The notes: a model not told the origin generated them from the sequence alone. A stretch of 64,000 nt of DNA from an uncultured Gammaproteobacteria bacterium (GCA_964524845.1 CAZGFX010000002.1:85389-149388), one strand, 5' to 3'; shown: positions 1-10,290, numbered from the stretch's first letter. Made by a program: numbers and translations.

Positions 1-463
1 TTAATAAACGAAGACCTGCCGTATCAACAATATTCGTTTTCTTTCCTGTTTCAAACTCTGTATCAAAATTCCATTTATATAAAACTCCGGAAGCGCTTCC
101 TATTTCAGGAACAGCATCCATATGTGCAACTATTTTTTCTAGATAATCCGGTTCAAAAAACATGTCTTGATTAACCATAAAAACATATTTACTCTTAGAA
201 AGTCTCATGATCATATTATGCGCCGCTGCGAAACCTATGTTTGAACTTTTTTTAATAAGTTTCACTTCTGGGTATTTTTGATATATATGAGTTGCTGTTG
301 AGTCGTGTGATCCGTTATCTAAACATATAATTACAAAATCTTGGAATGTTTGATTTAAAATACTCTCCAGACAAAAATCAATATAGCGCTCTCCATCGAG
401 CGTTACCAGACTTATTATAACTTTTGGCACATTATGACGAACGTTGTTTTGATTCTGTTCCAT
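1..463 (-). CDS. glycosyltransferase family 2 (N-terminal part; C-terminus runs off the window)
   Basis: Not in ORF track because edge-truncated. ATG at 463-461; translation MEQNQNNVRHNVPKVIISLVTLDGERYIDFCLESILNQTFQDFVIICLDNGSHDSTA...VNQDMFFEP has the GT2 N-terminal fold signature; no stop before position 1. Confidence 0.7.
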   Translation of the reverse strand, partial: MEQNQNNVRHNVPKVIISLVTLDGERYIDFCLESILNQTFQDFVIICLDNGSHDSTATHIYQKYPEVKLIKKSSNIGFAAAHNMIMRLSKSKYVFMVNQDMFFEPDYLEKIVAHMDAVPEIGSASGVLYKWNFDTEFETGKKTNIVDTAGLRLL

Positions 464-1973
464 ATAAAAAAATAATCCATGAAATTATAAGAAATATCAT
501 GATTCCAAGAGGATGATTAAGGTATGGAGTCGTAATATGAGTAAACAGAAGTGCCAGAAGTGCCAGAAGTAATATGCCCCAAACTCCATACGAAAACGAT
601 GTTAAGATGTTCTTTTTCATTATAACTAAAAGATCAATAATCATTCTCCTAAATAAAAATAATAATAATAAAATACCGACAATACCAAACTTAAGCCAAA
701 AATCAAGATATCCCCACTCAAATGCGTATGTAGTATACATTCCTGAGGGTTCTTTTGCCAAAATACGAGGATCAGTTGAAAAATAAGTTACCGTTTTTCC
801 AACCCCCGCTCCTATAATCCAGTTCTCGGTTATTGATTTCCATAATGGCCCCAGAAGTTGTAAACGAGCCTCTCCGGCCGCATCGTCTGTTGTAACAAAC
901 CTATCTTTTAGAAAACCACTGCCTCTACCCGACAAATCAAGTTGGTTTATATAAACAACGAATGAAGCAGAAACAATTAAGGTAACAATACAATAAAGTA
1001 CGATACCGCCAAATCTTTTCAAAGATAAAAATCGTTTTAATATAATATAACTAAGAAAAACAGTTACAGCGAGAAATGTTCCGAGCCACATACTTCTAGA
1101 AAGACATAGTATAAGTGTGGACAGAAAAACAATATTAAAAAATATAAGCGCCTTGTTTTTTCTCAAAATATTTAGAAACGTTTCTTTCACACCTCTTGCC
1201 TTGTCAATAATAACAGCAAGTGTTCCTACATACGCTATCATCGTATAAATATGATTTTGGAAAAAAATTCTGTAATAAGGCCCCTGAATATAAGTTATCT
1301 CAGCAATTCCTGTATCTCGAAGCCATTTATAAAAAATACTGAGACTGTGTCCAGGTACATACCCAAACACTAGATAAACAAATAATGATTTTACAGAAAT
1401 TAACAAAGCTCCTGCAAATAAAATTGTTATTACTGATTTTATAACCTCTGATTTGTTTTTTATAAAAAATACAGGAAATATTAGAGCTAAATAAAGATAA
1501 TTATTAACATCATTGAACATATATGAAACGTTATTTCCGCGAAAATATGCAACACAAACCGAGAAAACTATCAAAACAAAAAATAAAATATAATATCGTG
1601 ATTTTATATATTCAAATCTCTCGCGCCATATATTTTTATAATCTTTGTAATTAATGATTGCATATACGAAAAATACTAGAAAAAACAACAAAAACATGGC
1701 CAAACGAATCGACAAAGTAATTTTCCCTTCATATTCTGGTAATGTAATTGGAGTAAATAGAAGATATCCTTTTGATCCAACAATGTTTTCCAGAATAATT
1801 CCAAATAGTCCATATTCGATATTTTTTATACATAAAAACAAGAAAAACAAACAAAAAACACCAAATATAAATGGCGCGTATGATGGTGTTGTGTATGAAA
1901 ACCAGGAAACAAACTCAAACGCGATTAGCCCCGCTAGTATATATGCAACGTGTTTGAAATTAATCTCTATCAT
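432..1973 (-). CDS. polytopic membrane protein, O-antigen ligase/polymerase-like (Wzy_C-type)
   Basis: 513 aa, about 10-12 predicted hydrophobic helices with a larger loop; sits in a GT/flippase cluster. Family assignment by architecture only. Confidence 0.45.
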   Translation of the reverse strand: MIEINFKHVAYILAGLIAFEFVSWFSYTTPSYAPFIFGVFCLFFLFLCIKNIEYGLFGIILENIVGSKGYLLFTPITLPEYEGKITLSIRLAMFLLFFLVFFVYAIINYKDYKNIWRERFEYIKSRYYILFFVLIVFSVCVAYFRGNNVSYMFNDVNNYLYLALIFPVFFIKNKSEVIKSVITILFAGALLISVKSLFVYLVFGYVPGHSLSIFYKWLRDTGIAEITYIQGPYYRIFFQNHIYTMIAYVGTLAVIIDKARGVKETFLNILRKNKALIFFNIVFLSTLILCLSRSMWLGTFLAVTVFLSYIILKRFLSLKRFGGIVLYCIVTLIVSASFVVYINQLDLSGRGSGFLKDRFVTTDDAAGEARLQLLGPLWKSITENWIIGAGVGKTVTYFSTDPRILAKEPSGMYTTYAFEWGYLDFWLKFGIVGILLLLFLFRRMIIDLLVIMKKNILTSFSYGVWGILLLALLALLFTHITTPYLNHPLGIMIFLIISWIIFLYGTESKQRSS

Positions 1974-2851
1974 AAGTCTTTGTTCTTGTGTTTAAATAAT
2001 CCTATTTTTTTCATTAACTCATGAATAAATGCCAGTAATATAGAAATATATAGGAAAGGAAATAAAATCACATACGAAAAAAAACCATAATTCTTTTTAA
2101 AATACAAAGCGACGCTTTTTATAAACATCTTTTGTCTAGCAACTGTTCTGTGTTTTGCAAAAGACTCTCCTTTCACATGTATAATACGCGTATGAGGATA
2201 ATACAAAACTGTATATCCTTTCTTCTTCGCATTAAAACATAAGTCAGCATCTTCCATCCATATCCAAAAACGCTCATCAAAACCACCAAACTCTTCAAGT
2301 AATCTTCTCGAACAAAACATAAAAGCACCCATAACCGAATCTACTCGTTGTATTATAGAATAATCAAAATCTTTCATAAGATAAGAATTTATAAAAGAAG
2401 GGAAAAAATTAGGAATTTTTAAAAGCACCAATAATTGGTCCACAATAGAAATGTCTTTACGAACAGACGGTTGAATACTCATATCTGGATATCTAAGCGA
2501 ACAACCAATGATACCTATATGATTTTTTTCTCTAAATAAATCAAATAATTTTAAAAGAGATTGATCTATAAACTCTGTATCAGGATTTAAAAAAAGTACG
2601 TGCTCCCCTGTCGATATACGAAACGCCTGATTATTTGCATAAGCGAATCCTTTGTTTTCTTTGTTTTCTATCAAATTAACAAAAGAAAATGATTTTGCGA
2701 CATCACGAGACTTATCTGAAGAATTATTATCAACAACAAAAACCTCCCACTCTGTAAGATATGAGGAATAATAGCGCTGGATAGACTCAAGACATTTTGT
2801 GAGCAATTCCTCTGCATTCCAACTAATTATAATTATTGAGAGACGCTTCAT
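1970..2851 (-). CDS. glycosyltransferase family 2
   Basis: LSIIIISWNAEELL...VVDNNSSD...LNPDTEF motifs typical of GT2. Confidence 0.8.
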   Translation of the reverse strand: MKRLSIIIISWNAEELLTKCLESIQRYYSSYLTEWEVFVVDNNSSDKSRDVAKSFSFVNLIENKENKGFAYANNQAFRISTGEHVLFLNPDTEFIDQSLLKLFDLFREKNHIGIIGCSLRYPDMSIQPSVRKDISIVDQLLVLLKIPNFFPSFINSYLMKDFDYSIIQRVDSVMGAFMFCSRRLLEEFGGFDERFWIWMEDADLCFNAKKKGYTVLYYPHTRIIHVKGESFAKHRTVARQKMFIKSVALYFKKNYGFFSYVILFPFLYISILLAFIHELMKKIGLFKHKNKDL

Positions 2852-4071
2852 GATGGTAATAATTTAAATATTTCATCAACCATAAATTTTTCTCTGCTTT
2901 CCCACGAGTGTTCTTCGGCCGCCGATATACCAAGTGTTTTTATACGATTTCTCTCATCATTTCCTATATTTACAAATTTATCAATAGCCAAAACAAAATC
3001 ATCCGAAGTTGATGCAATTGTTACAATATCCGGAAATAACTCTGCTCCTGACGTTGGTGTGGCCACAATAGGAAGCCCTGCAGCTAGATAATCATACATT
3101 TTCATTGGGTTATTTGATTTCACAAACTCATCATTTTTATGAGGGATAATACCTACGTCAAACTGTTGAACATACATTGGAAGCTGATCGTACGATTTAC
3201 GTCCCAAAAAAAATACATTTTGAAGTTTTTGAAGTGGTGATAAATCTATCTCATCCTTTGTTACGATTCCGAAAATTTCATTTTTCCAATTACGAGACGT
3301 TGGCCCAATAAGTACAAACGAATATTCTGGGCGAGCTTTCGCGCATGCATATACCAAATCAACATCAAAACGCTCTTGTATTGTTCCTGTGTATCCAATA
3401 ATTGGTTTTTTGATATTTCCAATATCACGAGTGATAAGTTTTTGCTCTTTTTGAAAATGACTACTATCTATTCCATTTGGCACCCAAAACGCTTTTTTGT
3501 GAGTTGAAAAAAGGTTTTTTTGTTCTTTTGAAACAGTAAAAATTATATCCGCATGAGTATCAATAAAAGCATATCGTTCCAAAAGAAGATCTTTGTATTT
3601 TGGATAACTTGGGTGTTCTGCCCAATTATCAACCGCGTCAAAGACATTAAGTTGTTGACCGAGTCTACCATCCATATAATCAACCAAAAAAGGGAAAAAT
3701 GACCATGTAACAATATTTCCAAAACCTAGTTCTGATACATGTTTTTTGATTCGTTCATATATCTTATCGCTCTGAGCAATTGTATAGATTGTTGAATAGA
3801 CAAAAACCTTATCATGAAGCGCCGTCAATGATTCGTGAAGGTTTTTTGAAACAATCGTACCGCTTTTGATTGGTGTAATGAAATTTTCTATAAAATTACG
3901 GACCGATCTTTTCTTCGTAACAGGAATATAATCAATATAAAATATTTTCCCTATTCTAGGATCTGATATAAGTTTTTTAAAAATATTATAATTACGATTG
4001 TTGATTCCGCGAAGAACCCACTCATTATAACACGACATTCCGAACATTATGATGTCAATTTTTTTCTCCAT
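2848..4071 (-). CDS. glycosyltransferase, GT1/GT4-like (GT-B fold)
   Basis: C-terminal KMYDYLAAGLPIVATPTSG sugar-nucleotide binding type motif; 4-bp overlap with neighbours. Confidence 0.65.
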   Translation of the reverse strand: MEKKIDIIMFGMSCYNEWVLRGINNRNYNIFKKLISDPRIGKIFYIDYIPVTKKRSVRNFIENFITPIKSGTIVSKNLHESLTALHDKVFVYSTIYTIAQSDKIYERIKKHVSELGFGNIVTWSFFPFLVDYMDGRLGQQLNVFDAVDNWAEHPSYPKYKDLLLERYAFIDTHADIIFTVSKEQKNLFSTHKKAFWVPNGIDSSHFQKEQKLITRDIGNIKKPIIGYTGTIQERFDVDLVYACAKARPEYSFVLIGPTSRNWKNEIFGIVTKDEIDLSPLQKLQNVFFLGRKSYDQLPMYVQQFDVGIIPHKNDEFVKSNNPMKMYDYLAAGLPIVATPTSGAELFPDIVTIASTSDDFVLAIDKFVNIGNDERNRIKTLGISAAEEHSWESREKFMVDEIFKLLPS

Positions 4072-5221
4072 ATGAAAATAATGTACGCATGATTGCGTTT
4101 CTTAATATCTGAGACTGAATTCTATAGTTAAAACGACGCTCAATACGAACCCTTCCATATTCAACAAAATGTTTACATAATTCAGAATCATCCAGTAGCT
4201 GTAAAATACGTTCCGCGGCTGCGGTCGAATTCAAAGGATCAACCAAAAATCCGTTTTTTCCATCTTCAACAGCCTCAGATACTCCACCAGAATTACCAGC
4301 AACCACAGGAAGTCCCATAATATTAGCTTCTAGAAAAACTATTCCGAATCCCTCAACATCTCCGTTTGGAAGTTCTCTTGGAAGAAGCGAGAATACGGAA
4401 CTAATCCTATACAACTGATTACGATCATAAGATGAAAAAATATTTGTAATAATCATAGCTCTATGACCAACTCCATGAGTATCAATAAGCGACCGCAGCC
4501 GCGCCTCTTCGGGTCCACCTCCTACAATAATCAAAAATGTATCGGGATCTTGTGTTTGAATATCTGCAAAAGCGCGAATCAGCATATCAAAACCTTTTCG
4601 TTCAACAAGTCTACCTACACTTATAATAATTTTTGAATTGGGAGGAATGTGAAATTTTTCACATATATCCTCTTTTTCTCCCTGTTTAAGTGGTAACGGT
4701 TCTTCTAAATTAGTAGCTGGATACACGACTTCTGTTTTTTCTTTTGATATTCCGTACTGCAAAGCGACCGATCTCGTCATTTCAGAGTTCAACACAACTA
4801 ACGATGCATCCTTCAAAACCAATGATACATTATTGAATGTCTTATCTTTTGTAATAAATGGAACTTTTATATCCATTCCATGAGCTATAACAACATAAGG
4901 TATACCTCGAGCACGCGCAATACGACGAACGGCCTGGCCTGATATGACTGGTTGTCCAGCAATAATGAGATCTGGTTTTGTTATACGAACAATGTGCCTC
5001 AGTTTCCACCACAAAAGAATCCATCTCGGACGAAACACATGAGAAAGCATTGCTATTCGTATAACATTAAATGGGAATTTTTTAACAGTTTCTCCTGATT
5101 TTGTTTTTGGAGCCACAACAGTAACGACGTCTTGTCGAAGTTCAGAACAAAGACCGTTCCCATATTCGCCTATACCACCTCTCATAGGAGGAAAATCGAC
5201 TGTTACATACAATATGTTCAT
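4055..5221 (-). CDS. glycosyltransferase family 4
   Basis: EGFGIVFLEANIMGLPVVAGNSGGVSEAVEDGKNGFLVDP, classic GT4 EX7E region. Confidence 0.8.
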   Translation of the reverse strand: MNILYVTVDFPPMRGGIGEYGNGLCSELRQDVVTVVAPKTKSGETVKKFPFNVIRIAMLSHVFRPRWILLWWKLRHIVRITKPDLIIAGQPVISGQAVRRIARARGIPYVVIAHGMDIKVPFITKDKTFNNVSLVLKDASLVVLNSEMTRSVALQYGISKEKTEVVYPATNLEEPLPLKQGEKEDICEKFHIPPNSKIIISVGRLVERKGFDMLIRAFADIQTQDPDTFLIIVGGGPEEARLRSLIDTHGVGHRAMIITNIFSSYDRNQLYRISSVFSLLPRELPNGDVEGFGIVFLEANIMGLPVVAGNSGGVSEAVEDGKNGFLVDPLNSTAAAERILQLLDDSELCKHFVEYGRVRIERRFNYRIQSQILRNAIMRTLFSYGEKN

Positions 5222-6669
5222 GGCCGTCTTATAAATTGTGTAATATATTTAGTATCCTGTATTGTAATTCCTTTCAACAAAATGAGAAGTCCACAATATA
5301 CAATTATTCCCGCAATTACCTCAATATAAAAATTACTATTGAGCCACCAAACAACCAAAAGCATGGCACATGAAGCAATAAGTGATGGGTATATTAGAGA
5401 AGCGAATACCGAAGCCTTCCATTCTACAATATCTTTTATAATCCAAAATCCTCGTACGGTCATAAAAATATAAGTTAGTAGCGCGGCGATCGCGGTTCCA
5501 ACATGCGCATAAAAAGGAATTAAAATAATATTTAATGTAATATATAAACCAACAGCAATTCCCAGCATAATCACGTTTTTGTTATGACGAAACGATCCAT
5601 TTATCAAAGCACCAGAAGAATAGCTTACGAAAACAAACGGAATCGCACATGCTAATAGTACAAGTGCTGAAGTTGCCGGCGCATACTCGTTCCCATACAA
5701 CTTATCAATTAATACATCGGCTACGCCGATTATACCGAAACAAATCGGCAATGATATTATTATGAGATATTTAAATATTGCATAAAATACCTCTTTTAAT
5801 TTTTCTCTATTCTCTTTGAAATATGATGTATATGCAGGATAAAGAGATGCTGCGACAGCTGCCGGAATAAATTGAAATGCAAAAGTCGTTTTAAAAGCAA
5901 CTCCGTAAAAGGAAACAAATTTTTCCCCAGCAAACTTCATAAGAAGCATGGGATCAAAATATGTCAAAAGACGTGTAAAAAGCCCGAGGAAAAAAAATGG
6001 TAATGCTCCAATCAAAATAACTCTAGCAACTTCTTTGTCCCATCGAAACTGTGAAAAACCTATTTTTCTAATAAACAAAAATCCTGCATAAAGAAAATTT
6101 CCTGCGCTTCCACACAAAAGAGCGAAAACTAAATAACGAACATCGACACCAAATACAAGAACAAATGTTATTCCAGCAATAGCTATGACTGATTGGAATA
6201 CGACAACAGAAATACTCTCATAATTAAGTTTATGAAGACCTCTAAATATAGAATATATCGATGTAGTTACCATATCTAGTATTGCCACACCAACCGTCAG
6301 AGCAATCAATCCATATAGAGACGAATCGTAATTTCCTATTAATAAAGTTCCAATAACTAGGCCATAAGTTATGATTGTTAAAGGAAGTTTAATTATAATA
6401 GAAACGAAAAAAAGTTTTCCAACACGAGTAATATCTTTTGCGACTTCTCTTATAAGATATCCTGCAACACCAACATCAACAAAAATTCCAAAAACCGATC
6501 CAAAAGAAACAATAAGTAAATACTGTCCCATAAGATCTTTTCCGAGCATCCTGGCGGCAAAAGCAAAATACACAAAAGCAACCACCTTTTGAAGAACGGA
6601 GGCGGTTACAAACATAATAGTGTTCTTTGATACGCTATGTGCCATATACATATAGCGGATATAAAGCAT
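5218..6669 (-). CDS. polysaccharide/oligosaccharide flippase (Wzx-type, MOP superfamily)
   Basis: 483 aa, about 12-14 TM helices, N-terminal pattern typical of Wzx polysaccharide biosynthesis proteins; clustered with GTs. Confidence 0.7.
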   Translation of the reverse strand: MLYIRYMYMAHSVSKNTIMFVTASVLQKVVAFVYFAFAARMLGKDLMGQYLLIVSFGSVFGIFVDVGVAGYLIREVAKDITRVGKLFFVSIIIKLPLTIITYGLVIGTLLIGNYDSSLYGLIALTVGVAILDMVTTSIYSIFRGLHKLNYESISVVVFQSVIAIAGITFVLVFGVDVRYLVFALLCGSAGNFLYAGFLFIRKIGFSQFRWDKEVARVILIGALPFFFLGLFTRLLTYFDPMLLMKFAGEKFVSFYGVAFKTTFAFQFIPAAVAASLYPAYTSYFKENREKLKEVFYAIFKYLIIISLPICFGIIGVADVLIDKLYGNEYAPATSALVLLACAIPFVFVSYSSGALINGSFRHNKNVIMLGIAVGLYITLNIILIPFYAHVGTAIAALLTYIFMTVRGFWIIKDIVEWKASVFASLIYPSLIASCAMLLVVWWLNSNFYIEVIAGIIVYCGLLILLKGITIQDTKYITQFIRRP

Positions 6670-6765
6670 TTTGTATCCGCAAAATACTGGGAAATTATAT
6701 CATATACACCCAAAAAATAAACTTTGTTTTTATGTAAAAAATGGCATAATGTAGATATTTTTTTA

Positions 6766-6792
6766 ACAGAAAACACGCCCGAACGGGCGTGT
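6766..6792 (-). terminator. rho-independent terminator downstream of rpsI
   Basis: Hairpin ACACGCCCG-AAC-GGGCGTGT at 6772-6791 with a U-run on the minus-strand transcript. Confidence 0.5.
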
Positions 6793-6821
6793 AAAAAATT
6801 GTCAAAACAAATTCCAAAATA

Positions 6822-7226
6822 TTAACGTTTCGACCATTGAGGAGCCTTACGAGCGCGCTTCAATCCTGGTTTCTTGCGTTCTTTTTCGCGAGGATCTCTT
6901 TTCAAAAGACCAGCCGCGCGAAGTTGTGATTTAAGTATAGGATCGTGAAAAAGAATTGCGCGCGCAACACCAAGTCTTATCGCTTCCGCTTGAGAACGAA
7001 CGCCTCCCCCAATAACCTTCACAGTAATGGTACCAATCGTTGTAAGATTAGAAATAACGAGAGGTTCCTTTATAAGTATGTTTAAATCAGCTTGCGGAAA
7101 ATATTTGGAAACATCTTTATCATTAACAATAATATCCGGCTTACCTCCGAGAGTAATACGAACTCTTGCTGACGCTGTTTTTCGTCTACCAACCGCTTGA
7201 ATAAAATTATCTTTTTTGAAAGCCAT
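6822..7226 (-). CDS. rpsI: 30S ribosomal protein S9
   Basis: GRRKTASARVRI...GGGVRSQAEAIRLGVARAI...KRARKAPQWSKR. Confidence 0.95.
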   Translation of the reverse strand: MAFKKDNFIQAVGRRKTASARVRITLGGKPDIIVNDKDVSKYFPQADLNILIKEPLVISNLTTIGTITVKVIGGGVRSQAEAIRLGVARAILFHDPILKSQLRAAGLLKRDPREKERKKPGLKRARKAPQWSKR

Positions 7227-7236
7227 ACAATAAACC

Positions 7237-7596
7237 CTAGTTATTAATCATTAAATGTTTCACGAGCTCAGCGCGATGTTTGTTCTTTGGAAGCATATTA
7301 TATATCGTTCTTCGAAGAACTTCTGCTGGATTTTTTTTCATCACTTCTTCCATTTTTCTACTCTTAAGACCTCCCGGATGCATTGAAACACGATAATACT
7401 TTTTCTGAGTAAGTTTATTACCAGATACTGTCATTTTTGAAGCATTATTTACTGTTACTCTGTCATTATTAAGAATATAGGGAGTATACGAAATACGGTG
7501 TTTTCCTATAAGAAGAGAAGCAACCTTGCTAGCAAGCCTTCCGACCGGCTGCGCAGTAGCATCAACAATATGATTTTTTATTTCGTTCTTAAGCAT
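7237..7596 (-). CDS. rplM: 50S ribosomal protein L13
   Basis: DATAQPVGRLASKVASLLIGKH...VTVNNASKMTVSGNK; rplM-rpsI order conserved. Confidence 0.95.
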   Translation of the reverse strand: MLKNEIKNHIVDATAQPVGRLASKVASLLIGKHRISYTPYILNNDRVTVNNASKMTVSGNKLTQKKYYRVSMHPGGLKSRKMEEVMKKNPAEVLRRTIYNMLPKNKHRAELVKHLMINN

Positions 7597-7611
7597 ACGT
7601 AATAATTTATA

Positions 7612-7962
7612 TTATACGAACTCTATCTGAACAACGTGTGATCCATCACCTGGACGATGTCCTGCCTTTATAATACGAAGATATCCTCCTTGTTTTGACT
7701 GATATCTAGGCGCAAGCACTTCTTTAATTTTCTTTGCCGCGTTTTCTGTAGGAAGATATGCGAGAAGCTGTCGATAAGAATGAAGATCTCCTTTTTTACC
7801 CTTGGTAATAAGTTTTTCTACAATCGGACGTATTGCTTTTGCTTTGGCTTCTGTTGTTTTAATTTTTTCACGAACAATAAGCTGTTCTGCTAAATTTTTA
7901 AGCAGACTTCGGCGTGGGCCAAGCGTTCTTCCAAGTACAACTGTTTTTCTCGCGTGTCTCAT
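7612..7962 (-). CDS. rplQ: 50S ribosomal protein L17
   Basis: MRHARKTVVLGRTLGPRRSLLKNLAEQLIVREKIKTTEAKAKAIRP...YLRIIKAGHRPGDGSHVVQIEFV. Confidence 0.95.
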   Translation of the reverse strand: MRHARKTVVLGRTLGPRRSLLKNLAEQLIVREKIKTTEAKAKAIRPIVEKLITKGKKGDLHSYRQLLAYLPTENAAKKIKEVLAPRYQSKQGGYLRIIKAGHRPGDGSHVVQIEFV

Positions 7963-7980
7963 AGTATATACATCAAAACA

Positions 7981-8685
7981 TTATAATGTTTGTTGATTAT
8001 CATCCCCTGCACACAACGCAAAATGATCAACAAGGATTTTAGCAGCTTTCTTAAAAGCTTGCCCAGGCATAATAGTACCATCCGTCTCAATGGTCAATAC
8101 GACCTTCTCAAAATTGGTCGCCTGTCCTACGCGAGTCATCTGAATATCATACCCAACCTTACGAACAGGAGAAAAAAGAGCATCAAGAACAATCATACCA
8201 ACAGGCAAATTACTTGCATCACGAGCCTCCACAGGAACATATCCTATGCCTTTTTCAATTACAACCTCCATTTCAAATATGGCCTTTGGATCAGTAAGTG
8301 TCGCAATATGAAGATCTGGATTTGCAATTTCAACAGCGGCATTTTTTTCAAAATCACCAGCAGTTATTTCACCCTTCTTTCCACTCACTTTCATACTTAT
8401 AAGTATCGGTCCGTCTTCATTTAAACGAACACGAAGCTTCTTTATATTAAGCATGATCTGAACAATATCTTCTTTCACGCCAGGAATACTTGTAAATTCA
8501 TGATCAGCTCCTTTTATCTTAAATGACGTTGGTGCGGCACCATCTAACGAGGAAAGAAGCACTCTGCGAAACGAATTCGCCAATGTAACACCATAACCAG
8601 GTGAACACGGCTCAATGACAACCTTTGTAGAAACAGGTGTCTCGTCTTCGGTATAAATTTTTGATGGAAGTTGTATTTCGTACAT
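7981..8685 (-). CDS. rpoA: DNA-directed RNA polymerase subunit alpha, N-terminal domain only (no alpha-CTD)
   Basis: 234 aa; aligns to the alpha-NTD dimerisation/assembly domain (ANSFRRVLLSSL...GVKEDIVQIMLNIKKL...) and stops 18 bp before rplQ, leaving no room for a CTD. Confidence 0.9.
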   Translation of the reverse strand: MYEIQLPSKIYTEDETPVSTKVVIEPCSPGYGVTLANSFRRVLLSSLDGAAPTSFKIKGADHEFTSIPGVKEDIVQIMLNIKKLRVRLNEDGPILISMKVSGKKGEITAGDFEKNAAVEIANPDLHIATLTDPKAIFEMEVVIEKGIGYVPVEARDASNLPVGMIVLDALFSPVRKVGYDIQMTRVGQATNFEKVVLTIETDGTIMPGQAFKKAAKILVDHFALCAGDDNQQTL

Positions 8686-8714
8686 ACTTATATAAAATAG
8701 TATTTAAAATTTTT

Positions 8715-9338
8715 TTACTTACGTGAATATAATTCAACGACGAGTTTCGGATCAAACTCAACATGTCCCATATCTACTACATTTGGCAACGCTTTAATTT
8801 TTGCTGTGAGACGATCTGTGTCAGATATAATCCAATCAGGAACTATAATATCCTTGTTCTTCTCTTTGTTTTTTACAAACAAAGGAGAATTCAGTGCAGA
8901 TTCTTTTATGGATATTGTATCTCCTTGGGAAACCTGAAATGAAGGTATGTTCACCTTCTTATCATTTACCTTAATAATTCCATGTGAAACAAGTTGACGT
9001 GCCTGTGGTCTCGTCAAAGCGAATCCTGCGCGATAAACAACATTATCAAGACGACCCTCGAGAAGTGAAAGAAGATTATCACCAATAACTCCTTTTTTGT
9101 TATGAGCTTGCTTGTAATAATTGAAAAACTGTCGTTCTAGAATTCCATATGTTCTTTTTGCCTTTTGTTTTTCTCTCATTTGTCTTCCATATTCCGTTAA
9201 ACGAGCAAAACGATCCTCCGGATTCTTTCCTGGTGCATGAGGTCTTTTCTTGAGAATACGATCATATTTCTCAGTACCAAAAAGGTTTGTTCCTTCTCGT
9301 CTACAAAGTCTTGCTTTTGGTCCTAAATATCGTGCCAT
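8715..9338 (-). CDS. rpsD: 30S ribosomal protein S4
   Basis: MARYLGPKARLCRREG...LEGRLDNVVYRAGFALTRPQARQLVSHG. Confidence 0.95.
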   Translation of the reverse strand: MARYLGPKARLCRREGTNLFGTEKYDRILKKRPHAPGKNPEDRFARLTEYGRQMREKQKAKRTYGILERQFFNYYKQAHNKKGVIGDNLLSLLEGRLDNVVYRAGFALTRPQARQLVSHGIIKVNDKKVNIPSFQVSQGDTISIKESALNSPLFVKNKEKNKDIIVPDWIISDTDRLTAKIKALPNVVDMGHVEFDPKLVVELYSRK

Positions 9339-9347
9339 ACGTATATT

Positions 9348-9746
9348 TTAAATTCTTCTTGGTTTCTTAGGTCTACATCCATTATGTGAAATAGGTGTTA
9401 GATCTTTTATCGAAAGAATGGTCAATCCATTTGCATGAATAGCTCTGACAGCAGCCTCACGACCAGCCCCTATTCCTCTTACAACTACATCGACCTCTTT
9501 AATTCCTGTATATTGTGCTTTATCTATAGCATCTTTTACAATCATTGAGGCAGCATATGGAGTGGCTTTCTTCGCGCCTTTAAATCCAACTACTCCGGCA
9601 GAAGACCAGCTTAAAACGCCTCCATGAGAATCGGCAAGAGTAACAATTGTATTATTGTATGTAGCCTGTACAAACGCCATGCCTTTCTTGACTTGTCGTT
9701 TTGTTTTCTTCTTGCTTACTTCCTTTTTCTTTATAGTTGTTGCCAT
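9348..9746 (-). CDS. rpsK: 30S ribosomal protein S11
   Basis: AFVQATYNNTIVTLADSHGGVLSWSSAG...VVVRGIGAGREAAVRAI. Confidence 0.95.
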   Translation of the reverse strand: MATTIKKKEVSKKKTKRQVKKGMAFVQATYNNTIVTLADSHGGVLSWSSAGVVGFKGAKKATPYAASMIVKDAIDKAQYTGIKEVDVVVRGIGAGREAAVRAIHANGLTILSIKDLTPISHNGCRPKKPRRI

Positions 9747-9763
9747 AACGTGATCTGATTAGA

Positions 9764-10147
9764 TTAAGTCTTTGTTAAAGCTCGTTTACCACTTCCAGCA
9801 GTATTGCGAACATTGCCCCGAACGGTACGAGAATTTGTCTTAGTTGTCTGTCCTCTTACAGGAAGTCCTTTTGCATGACGAGATCCTCTAAAACAATGAA
9901 TTTCTTTTAAGCGTTTTACATGTTGCATAATTTCACGCTTTAAATCACCTTCTATCTTAAATTGTTCTACACTCGCACGAAGTTTATTTACCTCATCTTC
10001 TGTCAGATTTTCAACTTTTGTATTCTCATCAATTCCAATCTGTGAAAGAATTTTCTTTGCACGAGGAATACCAATGCCGTAAATATACGTCAATGCTATA
10101 ACAACTCTTTTTTCTTTTGGAAGATTTCTTCCTGCAATACGTGCCAT
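9764..10147 (-). CDS. rpsM: 30S ribosomal protein S13
   Basis: [26 protein letters not shown]...; start moved to the in-frame ATG at 10147 (track start 10159 adds MNII). Confidence 0.93.
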   Translation of the reverse strand: MARIAGRNLPKEKRVVIALTYIYGIGIPRAKKILSQIGIDENTKVENLTEDEVNKLRASVEQFKIEGDLKREIMQHVKRLKEIHCFRGSRHAKGLPVRGQTTKTNSRTVRGNVRNTAGSGKRALTKT

Positions 10148-10160
10148 AATAATATTCAAA

Positions 10161-10277
10161 TTAACCTTGTCTTTGTTTATGCTTAGGATTCTTCTTACAC
10201 ACGATATATACTCTTTTCTTTCTTCGTACCACCTGGCATGAAGAACATCGTGGTTTTGCTGCTGCGTGTACTTTCAT
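10161..10277 (-). CDS. rpmJ: 50S ribosomal protein L36
   Basis: Below the ORF-track size cutoff; hand translation [38 protein letters not shown] (38 aa), canonical L36, between infA and rpsM. Confidence 0.9.
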   Translation of the reverse strand: MKVHAAAKPRCSSCQVVRRKKRVYIVCKKNPKHKQRQG

Positions 10278-10290
10278 ACTTTGTTTTAAA

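Noticed and set aside
432-463. 32-bp overlap between the partial GT2 gene (start 463) and the stop of the membrane-protein gene at 432
   Set aside because: Considered as a sign of a wrong start or frameshift, but short overlaps are common in this compact cluster and both frames have convincing protein-like translations; left as is.
7990-8424. Plus-strand ORF of 144 aa
   Set aside because: Antisense to rpoA.
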